Assembly: GCF_021028975.2 (NCBI RefSeq)
Contig: NC_059440.1
Location: forward strand, 32,426,001 to 32,490,000
Reading direction: 5' to 3'
From: Sphaerodactylus townsendi
Lineage: Eukaryota
Length of the DNA: 64,000 nt
Shown here in pieces: positions 34,841 to 45,489 of the stretch (the first letter of the stretch is position 1; the number at the start of each line of letters is the position of its first letter). The position numbers and the translations under genes were made by a program. The notes under the pieces are model-generated. The model saw only the letters and a program-made list of their open reading frames with translations. It searched no databases and was not told the DNA's origin.

Positions 34841-35030
34841 CAATCAAAGTGACGGGGATGCCATACTCCAAAGCAGAAATGGCAGTCCATTTCCCTGTGC
34901 CCTTCTGGCCGGCACTGTCCCTGATTTTGGGAAGCAAATGTTTTCCGTCAGCATCACGGTACTTCAAGATGTTGGCAGTGATTTCGATGAGGAAGGAGTC
35001 CAATTCTGTCTTATTCCAGTCCTCAAACAC
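34841..35030 (-). CDS. PGD: PGD exon 8
   Basis: 190 nt; contains the 6PGD signature IRDSAGQKGTGKWT. Confidence 0.97.
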
Positions 35031-36177
35031 CTGAAGGCAAGAAAGAAACAGGTCAACACAGCAAATATTTTTGTAAGAAGAGATCTACCTAGCTCATTCT
35101 GGTGTGGCATTTTTAGCAAGTCTGTAGCCACAAACAAAAGACTCTCCACGCCAGTTCAAAATCACAAGAACACAAAAATATAGTCGAGAATATCATGGAG
35201 ATAAAAAAAAAATCAAATGGACACAAAAATACTATCTAGAATGTCAACTGTACAACCAAATTAATTAACAGCCACAGGAAATCAAAGAGCGTGAAATACT
35301 TATTTTAAATGCTAAATGCCTTCCCACTCAATGCTGTCTTTGACTTGTGTCTGAAGGTCAACAAGGAAGGGGCAGAGAAAACATCCCTGGGAAAAGCGTG
35401 CCATCATTTTGGTGCCACTGGTGATAGCACCCTGTTTCGTGTGACACCCCACAGCTCCAACCCAACATACTAATCACTCCATCTTCCATTTTCTGTAGTT
35501 TGTTGCCTTTAGGTTAAAAACCAAGGGGCGTGGACTCTCCCATTGTCTTGAGGCACATTATCCTCACACCCAGCCTTTCAGTGCTCCTCAAGAGCAGGTT
35601 GATCAGGACTCTCAAGCAGGACTCTCAAGCCTTCTCCATCTCCAGGGCCTAACAAGAATCCTAATTCACAAGCTTGAGTGGAGGCCATAAGTCCGGGCCC
35701 TTGGGAAAGTTCAAAACAACCACCAAGCCAGGTTTCTCAAAGGATCAGGAGATAAATACAAGTAAGACTCTCAAACGTATTTCAGATTTGATCTCTCAGT
35801 CCCTGTTAATGAGGAAGACCCAAATATCCTTTGCTTAATAAGCCAACTCCCTCTGAGCTGAGGGACTGTATGAATTTTAATCAGTCAATTAAATTTGCAT
35901 ATGTATGAAACAAGGGGCTACAAATGAAAGAAAAGCATTCTTTCTTGATTGTCAGATGATGTGCACGTTTTATAGGTGGTACCATATCAGAAGACAGGTT
36001 CAGGAAAGTAGCCAAGTTGGTCTGCAGTAGAACAGCTAGATTTGAGTTCAGTTGCAGTTTAGAAACCAACAAGATTTTTATGGTATGAGTTTCTGTGAGT
36101 TAAAGTTCCGTTCACCAGATCTGGCAAAGGCAGGTTTGACTCTTGAAGAGTCCCGGGGCAAGGGGGGGCACAAATTT

Positions 36178-36484
36178 GCAGCAATGGCGTAGGAGGTTAA
36201 GAGCTCGTATATAATCTGGAGGAACCGGGTTTGATTCCCAGCTCTGCCACCTGAGCTGTGGAGGCTTATCTGGGGAATTCAGATTAGCCTGTGCACTCCC
36301 ACACACGCCAGCTGGGTGACCTTGGGCTAGTCACAGCTTCTCGGAGCTCTCTCAGCCCCACCTACCTCACAGGGTGTTTGTTGTGAGGGGGGAAGGGAAA
36401 GGAGATTGTAAGTCCCTTTGAGTCTCCTGCAGGAGAGAAAGGGGGGGATATAAATCCAAACTCTTCTTCCTCTTCTCTTCTTCT
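36178..36484 (+). mobile_element. Squam3/MIR-like SINE, young full-length copy
   Basis: near-identical to the reverse complement of the 39569 and 55096 copies. Confidence 0.92.
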
Positions 36485-36802
36485 TGGGAGCACTGTGTTG
36501 CCATATCGGCAGATTTACCCTCCTTGGGGCACTTATCAGGAAAAAAGGATTGATCGTTTAGTTATTTATTTGCAAGATTAGTTAGCTTAGCCACTGTTGC
36601 ATATTTTCTTGCTGAAAAGTCTCTAAGTTATTGCTGGATTCGAGACAAGAGAGAAGAGGCAATATTACAAACACTCCACTATTTAAGAAAATAATAATCT
36701 TCCTCCCAAATGAATGGAAGGCATCTTTTTGCCAACCCAACAGATTTCATTGATGGAAACAGGGCAACCCGAATGATCAAGGACAGAAGCGGAGTTTCTC
36801 AC

Positions 36803-36937
36803 CTTGCTCATCTCATCGTGATCCATGCCCAATACATCCTTCATCAGGTGGTAAGCTTCACAGATCAACTGCATGTCTCCGTACTCGATCCCATTGTGTA
36901 CCATCTTCACAAAATGCCCAGCACCCTGGTCTCCCAC
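36803..36937 (-). CDS. PGD: PGD exon 7
   Basis: 135 nt; catalytic motif [25 protein letters not shown]. Confidence 0.97.
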
Positions 36938-36996
36938 CTGCCAGATGCACAGCAAAACAGGATACCGCTCAGAACTCAATCGAGGCACACAGGTCA

Positions 36997-37429
36997 ACTA
37001 GACATAAGAACAGTTTTTTCCCGAATGCCATCACTCTGTTAAACAAATAATTCCCTCAATAATGTTAAACTATTTATTATATACTTATTATATAATTACT
37101 GCACTACTTTTTTCATCATTCCTATTACCCATCTCCTCCCACTTATGACTGTATGACTATAGCCTGTGCTGGCATTTTATTTTATTTTATTTTATGATTT
37201 TACATTTTATGTTTTCATTACTACTGATTGTTTCCTGATTGCTTACTAGACCTATATGACAATCATTAAGTGCTGTACCTTATGATTAAGTGCTGTACCT
37301 TATGATTCTTGACAAATGTATTTTTTCTTTTATGTACACTGAGAGCATATGCACCGGAGACAAATTCCTTGTGTGTCCAATCACACTTGGCCAATAAAGA
37401 TTCTATTCTATTCTATTCTATTCTATTCA
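36997..37429 (+). mobile_element. Rex1/Babar LINE 3' end
   Basis: [17 protein letters not shown]-stop, then UTR ending cttggccaataaag(attct)n. Confidence 0.78.
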
Positions 37430-37473
37430 GAGGTGGTTTTCTCTCTTCTTCTAGCGATATGCTAACTCTAGAA

Positions 37474-38233
37474 GCCAGTGTGGTGTAGTGGTTAAGAGCA
37501 GGTGGATTCTAATATGGAGAACCGGGTTTGATTCCCCACTCCTCCACCTGAGTGGCAGAGGCTTATCTGGTGAGCCAGATGTGTTTCTGCACTTCTATAT
37601 TCCTCCCGGGTGACCTTGGGCTAGTCACGGTTCTCTCAGAAGTCTCTCAGCCTCGCCTACCTGACTAGTGTCTGTTGTGGGGAGAGGAAAGGGACTGGAG
37701 CACCTGCCTTATGAGGAGAGGCTGCAGCGTTTGGGACTCTTTAGTTTGGAGAGGAGACGTCTGAGGGGGGATATGATTGAAGTCAATAAAATTATGCATG
37801 GGGTAGAAAATGTTGACAGAGAGAATTTTTTCTCTCTTTCTCACAATACTAGAACCAGGGGGCATCCATTGAAAATGCTGGGGGGAAGAATTAGGACTAA
37901 TAAAAGGAAACACTTCTTCGCACAACGTGTGATTTATGGCTACCAATCTTGATCCTCTTTGATCTGAGATTGCAAATGCCTTAACAGTCCAGGTGCTCGG
38001 GAGCAACAGCCGCAGAAGGCCATTGCTTTCACATCCTGCACGTGAGCTCCCAATGGCACCTGGTGGGCCACTGCGAGTAGCAGAGAGCTGGACTAGATGG
38101 ACTCTGGTCTGATCAAGCTGGCTTGTTCTTATGTTCTTAAAGGAAAAGAGCTTGTAAGCCACCTTGAGTCTCCTTACAAGAGAGAAAGGTAGGGTATAAA
38201 TCCAAACTCCTCCTCCTCCTCCTCCCCCTTCTT
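37474..38233 (+). mobile_element. Squam3/MIR-like SINE split by a CR1 insertion
   Basis: SINE 5' part 37474-37692, 3' part 38139-38233. Confidence 0.85.
37693..38138 (+). mobile_element. 5'-truncated CR1 LINE
   Basis: LEHLPYEERLQRLGLFSLERRRLRGDMIEV.KIMHG...TRGHPLK; tail gttcttatgttctt; flanked by AAAGG repeats. Confidence 0.92.
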
Positions 38234-38710
38234 CTAGAAGATGCCACCTCAGCAATCCATCAAGAGGTCAGGTAGAGGTCTTTCTCATCATCTACTATCT
38301 GGTCTTTTAACTACACATGGCGGGGATTGAACTGGGATCTTCTGCATGTAAAGCAGAGGCTCTTCCGCTGACCATAACCCCTCCCAATAGGAGGAGACAT
38401 TTCTGTTATCCCCATTACTTCAGATTCAGCTTGAAAAGCAACTCTGAGTATCTGCAGCATTAAGTAAGCTGCATCCTTCTGCCCCCAAACAACCCAGACT
38501 TTTGATGGAAAAAGACTTCCATCTCCAGATAACAGTTTAAGGACCTCTCATCTAAGAAGTCAACCACTGCTTGTCGACATTGAAACAGAGCCAGAGACTT
38601 CATGAAGGCAAAAATCCAGCAAGGTGGGGAGAGATGGATGAATGAGCAGTGTCACAGAAACATGGTCCTTCCTAACAGCAGCTCTCAAACAAGTTATCAT
38701 TAAGGCATAC

Positions 38711-38780
38711 CCAATCACAGCAAGGCTCCCCCGTCCCCACTTTGGCTGCAATGCTCTGAAATATCGTCTTGATGTGAGGC
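38711..38780 (-). CDS. PGD: PGD exon 6
   Basis: 70 nt; PHIKTIFQSIAAKVGTGEPCCDW. Confidence 0.95.
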
Positions 38781-38931
38781 CTGCAAAGAAAGAGCAGCGT
38801 ATTCAACAAACCACCCGGCAGAGGGAAATGCCTGTCAATATCATGCCATTATAGTTTATGATCTCTCCACAGTCTAACTGGGAGCCGTTGCTTCTTCGGC
38901 AAAAGTCAAAATAAATGGTTTAGATACTTAC

Positions 38932-39050
38932 CAGGCCTCTTTGGCACCCCCTGGCATAAGTGAGGGGCCGTATCTGGCACCTTCTTCTCCACCACTAACT
39001 CCACTCCCAACGAACAAGATTCCCTTTGCTTTAAGGTCTTTGCAACGCCT
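38932..39050 (-). CDS. PGD: PGD exon 5
   Basis: 119 nt; [40 protein letters not shown]. Confidence 0.96.
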
Positions 39051-39568
39051 CTGTGTGGAAAAGAGACAGAGTGGCCATTATCCCACAGGGAAAATTCTGT
39101 GGTATCAGAGACTCTGTCCTTCCCGCAGCAGGCTAAACGGAATCATGAATTCTGCACCCGTATACAATATGCACTGTTTTGTTTAAAACATTTCTGTGTG
39201 TCTCCAAAGCAGCGAACATCAATCACTGGACATTTAAAACATTCAGCTATATGGAATTTAGCACAGCTCCTTCATTTTTATTATTTAAAGCCACCAAATA
39301 CAGCAGCTTGTGAAACAATGTTATTTAAAAATCAAACAGTAACATTTTGTGGAAAATTGTTTATTTCCACAACAGCGTCTTGGGAAAGGGGACACAACGG
39401 GAAGGTCCTGGATTTCTCACAGGAAAACCCACCATATACCCTCTACCTTTGTGATCACATGGGACGGGAAGAAAATGATCCTTATTTGGCATCTCCTTAA
39501 TATGGGCAGCATCATGGTAACTAATTCCTCCAGGGGGACTCACTGGACAGAATATTAAGACTTGGAAC

Positions 39569-39858
39569 AAAGAAGAAGAAGAGTTTGGATTTGTATCCCC
39601 CCTTTCTCTCCTGCAAGAGACCCAAAAGGGCTTACAAACTCCTTTCCCTTCCCCCCTCACAACACCCTGTGAGGTAGGTGGGGCCGAGAGAGCTCTGAGA
39701 AGCTGTGACTAGCCCAAGGTCACCCAGCTGGCATGTGTGGGAGTGCACAGGCTAATCTGAATTCCCCAGATAAGCCTCCACAGCTCAGGCGGCAGAGCTG
39801 GGAATCAAACCCGGTTCCTCCAGATTAGATACACGAGCTCTTAACCTCCTAGCCACTA
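39569..39858 (-). mobile_element. Squam3/MIR-like SINE, young copy
   Basis: reverse complement of the 36178 copy. Confidence 0.92.
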
Positions 39859-40261
39859 CACTCACCCAGACACGAAAGGCTCTGGGAAGCCACTGGACAA
39901 GTAGCCCTTAAGACACTGATAATCTACACTGTACAGGCTCTTTGCCAAAAATACAATTTATTTATTTTATTACATGTCTATATTGCCCTTCCTGTTGGGC
40001 TTGGCACAGTTTCCAACAAATCGCATACACAATAATTTCACACAAAAATAAATACAACAGAATTTAGAGACTAAACCCATACATTAGATCTACGTTGTTG
40101 GTGATAAAATATTGAGATTCCACTGAAATTAGCTTAAAGATCAGGGGAAAGGGGAGCTGGAGACCAAAGACGGTAACCGCTGCTGCCAGGCACTTACATC
40201 CGTGCACTCTGCTCTGAGCCCTGTGGACAGCAAAAACTATACAAACGCCCATCACACCTAC

Positions 40262-40327
40262 CGTGGTATCCGTGTACTCAGAATTCCCTCCATCGATAAT
40301 GATGTCTCCAGCACACAGCAAAGGCAC
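40262..40327 (-). CDS. PGD: PGD exon 4
   Basis: 66 nt; VPLLCAGDIIIDGGNSEYTDTT. Confidence 0.96.
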
Positions 40328-40546
40328 CTGTGGACAAGAGAGGTACAAAATGGGAGTTTGGGGCTTCTCATTTTGGTTGACCTAACAAAGCAGGTGGATT
40401 TCAAGAGAATTCACTCCGAAAATGGAAGCTAAACAAGAAGAGAAAGTGATGAAAACCTGCTCCAAAAAAGGAGGGAGTTGGATGGATCTCCCATGACGAC
40501 AGGCTAAGCAAGTGGCACACCTGGGAAGGGAAGGTAGAGGCCTCAC

Positions 40547-40726
40547 CAGTTTGTCGATGAAGTCGTCCACAGCAATTCCTGCCTTCACCAGCAGGATGAT
40601 CCGACGGGGCTTCTTCAGCTTGGAGACCATTTCTTCTAAGGAATGAGCCCCGATCACCTTAGTGCCCTTGGCTTCCTTCGCCAAGAAGTCGTCTACTTTG
40701 GAAACTGTCCTGTTGAAGGCGCACAC
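40547..40726 (-). CDS. PGD: PGD exon 3
   Basis: 180 nt; VCAFNRTVSKVDDFLAKEAKGTK...PRRIILLVKAGIAVDDFIDKL. Confidence 0.97.
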
Positions 40727-40968
40727 CTGGGAAAACAAAGGGGAAGCTGGAAGCGCACTTGGCAGACTCAGCATCACTTCCCAAAGTCTATCCCTTTCAT
40801 TAAAGACGTCTTTTATTATTAATTATTTATTTATTGAAGGCTATGGCTGCTTTTATAGTTTTAAGGTTTTGTATATTTTAATTGGGGCTATTCGATTTGT
40901 TTTATTGTATTCCTATTTGTTGCACACCGCCCTGATCCCTCTGGGGGTAGGGCGGTTTATCAAATCGA

Positions 40969-40970
<2 letters not shown>

Positions 40971-41049
<79 letters not shown>
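40971..41049 (+). repeat. (AAT)n microsatellite at an L2-type 3' tail (element remnant ~40800-40970)
   Basis: ~26 TAA units directly after caccgccctga...gggcggtttat. Confidence 0.92.
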
Positions 41050-41255
41050 TCCAGCCCAAGAATACAATTCCCCATTCCAAGGCGCATTTGTTTTGGTTTT
41101 GTACATTTCTCCCGAAAAGCAGTTTGGTTCAAGCACATTTAGCTTGCCCCTGTTCCTTAAAAACAATCTTTGGGTTCAAACAGCCATTACCTGATTATTC
41201 ATCACCCCCTTCCAAAAAAAAAAACCCTGCAAGGTTTGCCAGCCATTTTACTTAC

Positions 41256-41331
41256 CACAAAGCCGTGGTCGTTCATGTTGAGGATCAGGTTCTGCCCCAT
41301 CACGGCCAGTCCGATCAAGGCTATGTCTGCT
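41256..41331 (-). CDS. PGD: PGD exon 2 (NADP-binding GLAVMG)
   Basis: 76 nt; ADIALIGLAVMGQNLILNMNDHGFV. Confidence 0.97.
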
Positions 41332-44099
41332 CTGAGGAGAACACAACATAATGGGTGTGTGGTCAGCTTTCATTACGAACCTTCTGTCTGTTGGCCTACA
41401 ACTACACCATAGTAAAGGACCCACAGGAGTAGGTATCTACAAGTCACTAGCCAATCTGACTCAACTGGGAAAATGTCCTTTCTTAATCACAAAGATACAT
41501 CCCGCTAATACACAAGCCTCAATATAAAGTGTACAGTGCATTTATTGTGCTAGCGTGATTTCAAAACATCCACTTATCACTATACCTAACAGACTACCAC
41601 TATTACCTAATTCTAACACGTAACAAATACTTATTACCAAACATACAACTCTTACTCATAACATATAGTTAAGACAGACAATTAAATACAAGAAACCATT
41701 AAGAATGAAGAGGTTGGGGTGTTAGCCCTAAACGCATCAGTTTATGTAGTCCAATTATATTAGCTTCCTCCTTTTCTTGGAAACCAAAACAAATCAATTG
41801 TCCATAACAATATATCTTTGTGTAGTGGAACTTATCCCCTATACACTATTGGATATTGGAAGATTTCCTTTCTTCCCAACAGGAGTAGAACCCTGAGCAA
41901 AAACATTTCCAAAGTGTACCAGAAGATATCATATAAGTCAGATTTCCAGTATGTACTTTGTCATATCCATGAAAAGGCAAGCTTCCCTTCAGGCCCAGCT
42001 CTCTCTCTCTCTTTTGCAGGTATGGAAGCCCTCACCCCAGCCCCAGGGTATCATGGAGGAACACAAGTTGCTGTTGGCGAGCCAGGGAGAGTCTTTTGCA
42101 ACACTCTTAAGATTGCAGAGGTCAGAGGAGGCGGAGCGCTGCTTGCTTGCAAAAGTCCCTTGGCATGGTTGCCACAGAGCTCCAAGATAATCGGGAAGCT
42201 GGTGGATTACCTCACTTGGCATCTTATGTGTCCTTAGCCCTGCCTGCCTGCCAGCCAGCAGGCCAAAGCACCCCCCACAAACAGGAAAGGTCAGTTTGAA
42301 AGCACATGTGCAGAAGAGATTACAAAGAATGAACTTACTGCTGTTTGTTTGATAAAACCATGAAAAAAATATAGGGGGAGGGGGAAAAGGGGAAAAATGT
42401 ATTGTTTGAAAACGAATGAAGAAAAGCATTAATATAAAATGTAATATTCAAATGATACAATAAAAAATTATTTAAAAAAGAAATGAAAGCACATGTGCCG
42501 GGTCCCATCTGGGTGGGACTGTCAGATCATATCATGTCCAGTTTAAAGATTAGGTAACTGATGGCAAAAGCACGAAGTTGAAACAGACACGTTTGATTTC
42601 CTTCTCCATGTCTCAACCAGAGACTTCCTCATTAGCAAGGAAGAAACGTACAGCACTTGCTGTGCTAAAACAGAAATAGAGAATTAAACCCTGATTATGG
42701 GCTCGGCCTGCTTACATCACCCAGCGGTGGAGTCTCTGGTCTTTCACACTATTCCAATATTGCAAAACTTGACCCTGCCGAGAAAAGTGCCCGCATATGG
42801 CAACCCCCCCCCCCCCCCCGAGTCTTGGGCACAGTCTTCGTTTTGTGCCTTAGCCTTCTTCAACTTCTTAACCTGGCTTACGTGAGCAGCAGGCTGATCA
42901 GGGCAGTACCAGTTCAGGTTGCAGCAGCAGGGACAGGTTTGGCAACTGAATGCTCCTCTAAAAGCCCTGGAGGCAGAAAAACTAGCCAGGTTGGGAGAAA
43001 GATGCCAGACTCGTATGCTAGCTTTCTACAAAGAGGGATCGCAGGTCAAAAATGACAGGCGCGGTTTAGCCCAGTTTGACTGCCCTAAGAGGGTCAAAGC
43101 CTCTCAGCCTGGGAGGCAAAGTAGTTACGAGTTCTTGATCAGCTCAAATTCACACTCTGCCACAAAACTCACTGGGTGATCCTGAGTCCATCTGACCTAC
43201 CTCACAGGGCTGATGTGTACTCAAAAAGGAGGACCCTATCTGCCCTTTGGAGGAAAGGAAGGATAAAAAATCCCCAGAATTCATTTCAGATATTTGTCCC
43301 TTAGCCGCTCGGCATCAGTAATTCACAATTATAAATTATAACAATTCACCAAGACATTGGTCCCTAGTGAGAAAACTTTTTAAAGCGCAGGAAAAAGAAC
43401 CAGATTTTCTCCCCTCTGAAAACACTCATTCCTCCCCCTCCCCTCCAAAATCCAGGTGCTTACAGACAACTGTTGAATTATCCTGAACATCCTACTTCTA
43501 CCCTGAAATGTTATCTGAGTTTTAAAATTCAAATTCTTCCAACAAACACTGGATTATTTATGCCTCTCAAGAGCTCCAGTGGGAAACTGTTCCTGCAGAA
43601 ACTCTACGGGGGTGCAGGTTATCCTATGGCCAGGAATTCCCCCACCCCCAAATAAATAATACCATTTAATGTTTATGGCTGTAAAGTGGCCAAAACACTG
43701 CCGATTGACTATCTTCCTAAGATCCTGTCAACACCCCTGTAAGGTAGGACACTCCTGAAGATATCTCCTTGAAAGCCCAGACACCCACTTCCGCCTCCCA
43801 GCGTGAAGGATTCGGGCAGAAACGCCTCTCTGAGCATATGCAGAGTGCCTTCTCCCTAGCATCAGGGAATCACACCAAAATTAAACAGGAGAGAGAGCAG
43901 GCCAGTCCACAGATTTGGCACCTATTTCCATTACAAAGGCTCAACCCTGGGAAGTGCCTCTGAGGACGTACGAAGGGCTGCCTCATCCCTGAGCGATCAC
44001 AAATCCAAATGAGGGGTGAAAGGAGGCTTCCAAGCAGGATTTGCAGGAGCGGGAATCCCTCCCCGCCTTTCATGGAGGACCCCGGAAATCCAGGCTGTG

Positions 44100-44770
44100 A
44101 TCCTACCAGCCATCCTTGGTAAAGATGCCTCGCGGGGCTTACTTCCGAGCAAACATGCACCTGGCCGGGCAGCGAGGCGCGCCTCCTCGGGAGCAAGCCT
44201 CATTTAACCCCAAGCGAGAGTTGCTGAGGAATAGCAAACAGGCCACGGGACCTTGCCCGAAGGCTGGGCTGCTGGGCGCGCTTACTCGGGAGTAAGCCCC
44301 CGGAAAGAGAGCGGGGCCCCACTCCTGAGCAAGCGCGCGCCAGCCCGGGCTGGAGGTGGCGCTGCAGCTGCAGCGGGTGAGACTCACTGGGCCATGGCGC
44401 AGGCGGGCGGTCAGCAGCGGCGGGCACTGGCGAGGGCGGCTACGGGCTGGGCCGGCGTCGGAGCGGACTGCGAGGCTCCCTCCTTCCCCGGCCACTCTCC
44501 TCCTGGGCCGCCCACCGCGGGGAGGGCCCAAAGGAGCCCCGCCCAGCCAGCCCGCATGGGCCCATCCTCTCCCAGTCTCGGGAAGGAGGCGGGGCGCGTC
44601 AGCCTGGAAAGGGACCGTGGGTCGCGCGTAAAGGCGCACGTTACGCATACCCGGAGAAACCCAAGACGAGGAGCCTTCCGGTTGGGCAGCAGGACAGTCG
44701 CGCTGCAGAGAGCATTGCCCGTGGAGGAAAGGGCAGCTTTGGAAAGTGAACTTCGCTGCAGGACATGCCT
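44100..44770 (-). promoter_or_regulatory. PGD CpG-island promoter
   Basis: high GC and CpG density around exon 1; GC box GAGGCGGGG at ~44586; no TATA box seen. Confidence 0.8.
44388..44395 (-). CDS. PGD: PGD exon 1 (coding part ATGGCCCA)
   Basis: Kozak GCGCCATGG followed by CA|gtgagt; phase 2 matches exon 2. Confidence 0.92.
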
Positions 44771-45489
44771 GCTGACTGTGTTCCCGTCCCCGTTTCTCCC
44801 CCCCACGGCCCCCAATTTCCAGGAAATCCCCAAGCGCATTTTTCTGTTTGCAGCTGTCCACAGAAATGACGTTTTGACGGGCACCTCTGCTTCTTTGCTC
44901 AGAAGTCACTCTGAAGAGTACAGCCTTCATAATTCCTCTGCTCAGCTCCTTCCTTCCCCACCTGGACACTGTCACTGGCCGTCGTCGTGTTGCAGAACTG
45001 TCTTCCAGAGGTGGTCTGCAATCCGTTATCTCCAGGGGCTTCCAGTAAGGCCACCCAAACAGTCCTCTTGAGGTCTTGCCCCAGGCAGGACTTGACTTGT
45101 TGGGACAGGCAAGCAGCAGAACTTGACAGCTTTTCTGGGAGGGAGGGAAGGCTGCATTTTTTTTTCAGATGTTTTTACTGAAGGTCAGAAAAATACAGGG
45201 AACTAGGTGATCAGAAAGGTGAGGTATAAATATTTCAAATAAATAAATTGAATGGGATCTGTTCTTCAGCACACGTAGGAATATCAACCTCCTGTTCGGC
45301 TGGCATCTCTGGACAGATGCTCTTGGAAACCCACCAAATTCTGAGCCAGCAGGGCATTTTGGCTATCATCATTCACAGAAATCTCAGGAACCAAGATCAA
45401 AAACCAAAATCTCTCTCACACACACCCCTTAAAAAAAAAACAGCACCCAAGAGGGGGAAAAACAGCACACACAACTGGGACTTGCTAAT

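Noticed and set aside
40902-41166. Poly-Leu and poly-Ile ORFs
   Set aside because: Translations of the (AAT)n microsatellite
41455-41950. AT-rich stretch in PGD intron 1, possibly an antisense L1 3' end
   Set aside because: Similarity too weak to support by eye
44139-45071. Long ORFs of 278 aa (-) and 272 aa (+) over the PGD promoter
   Set aside because: Stop-poor GC-rich CpG island; low-complexity Ala/Gly/Pro/Arg translation with no recognisable domain
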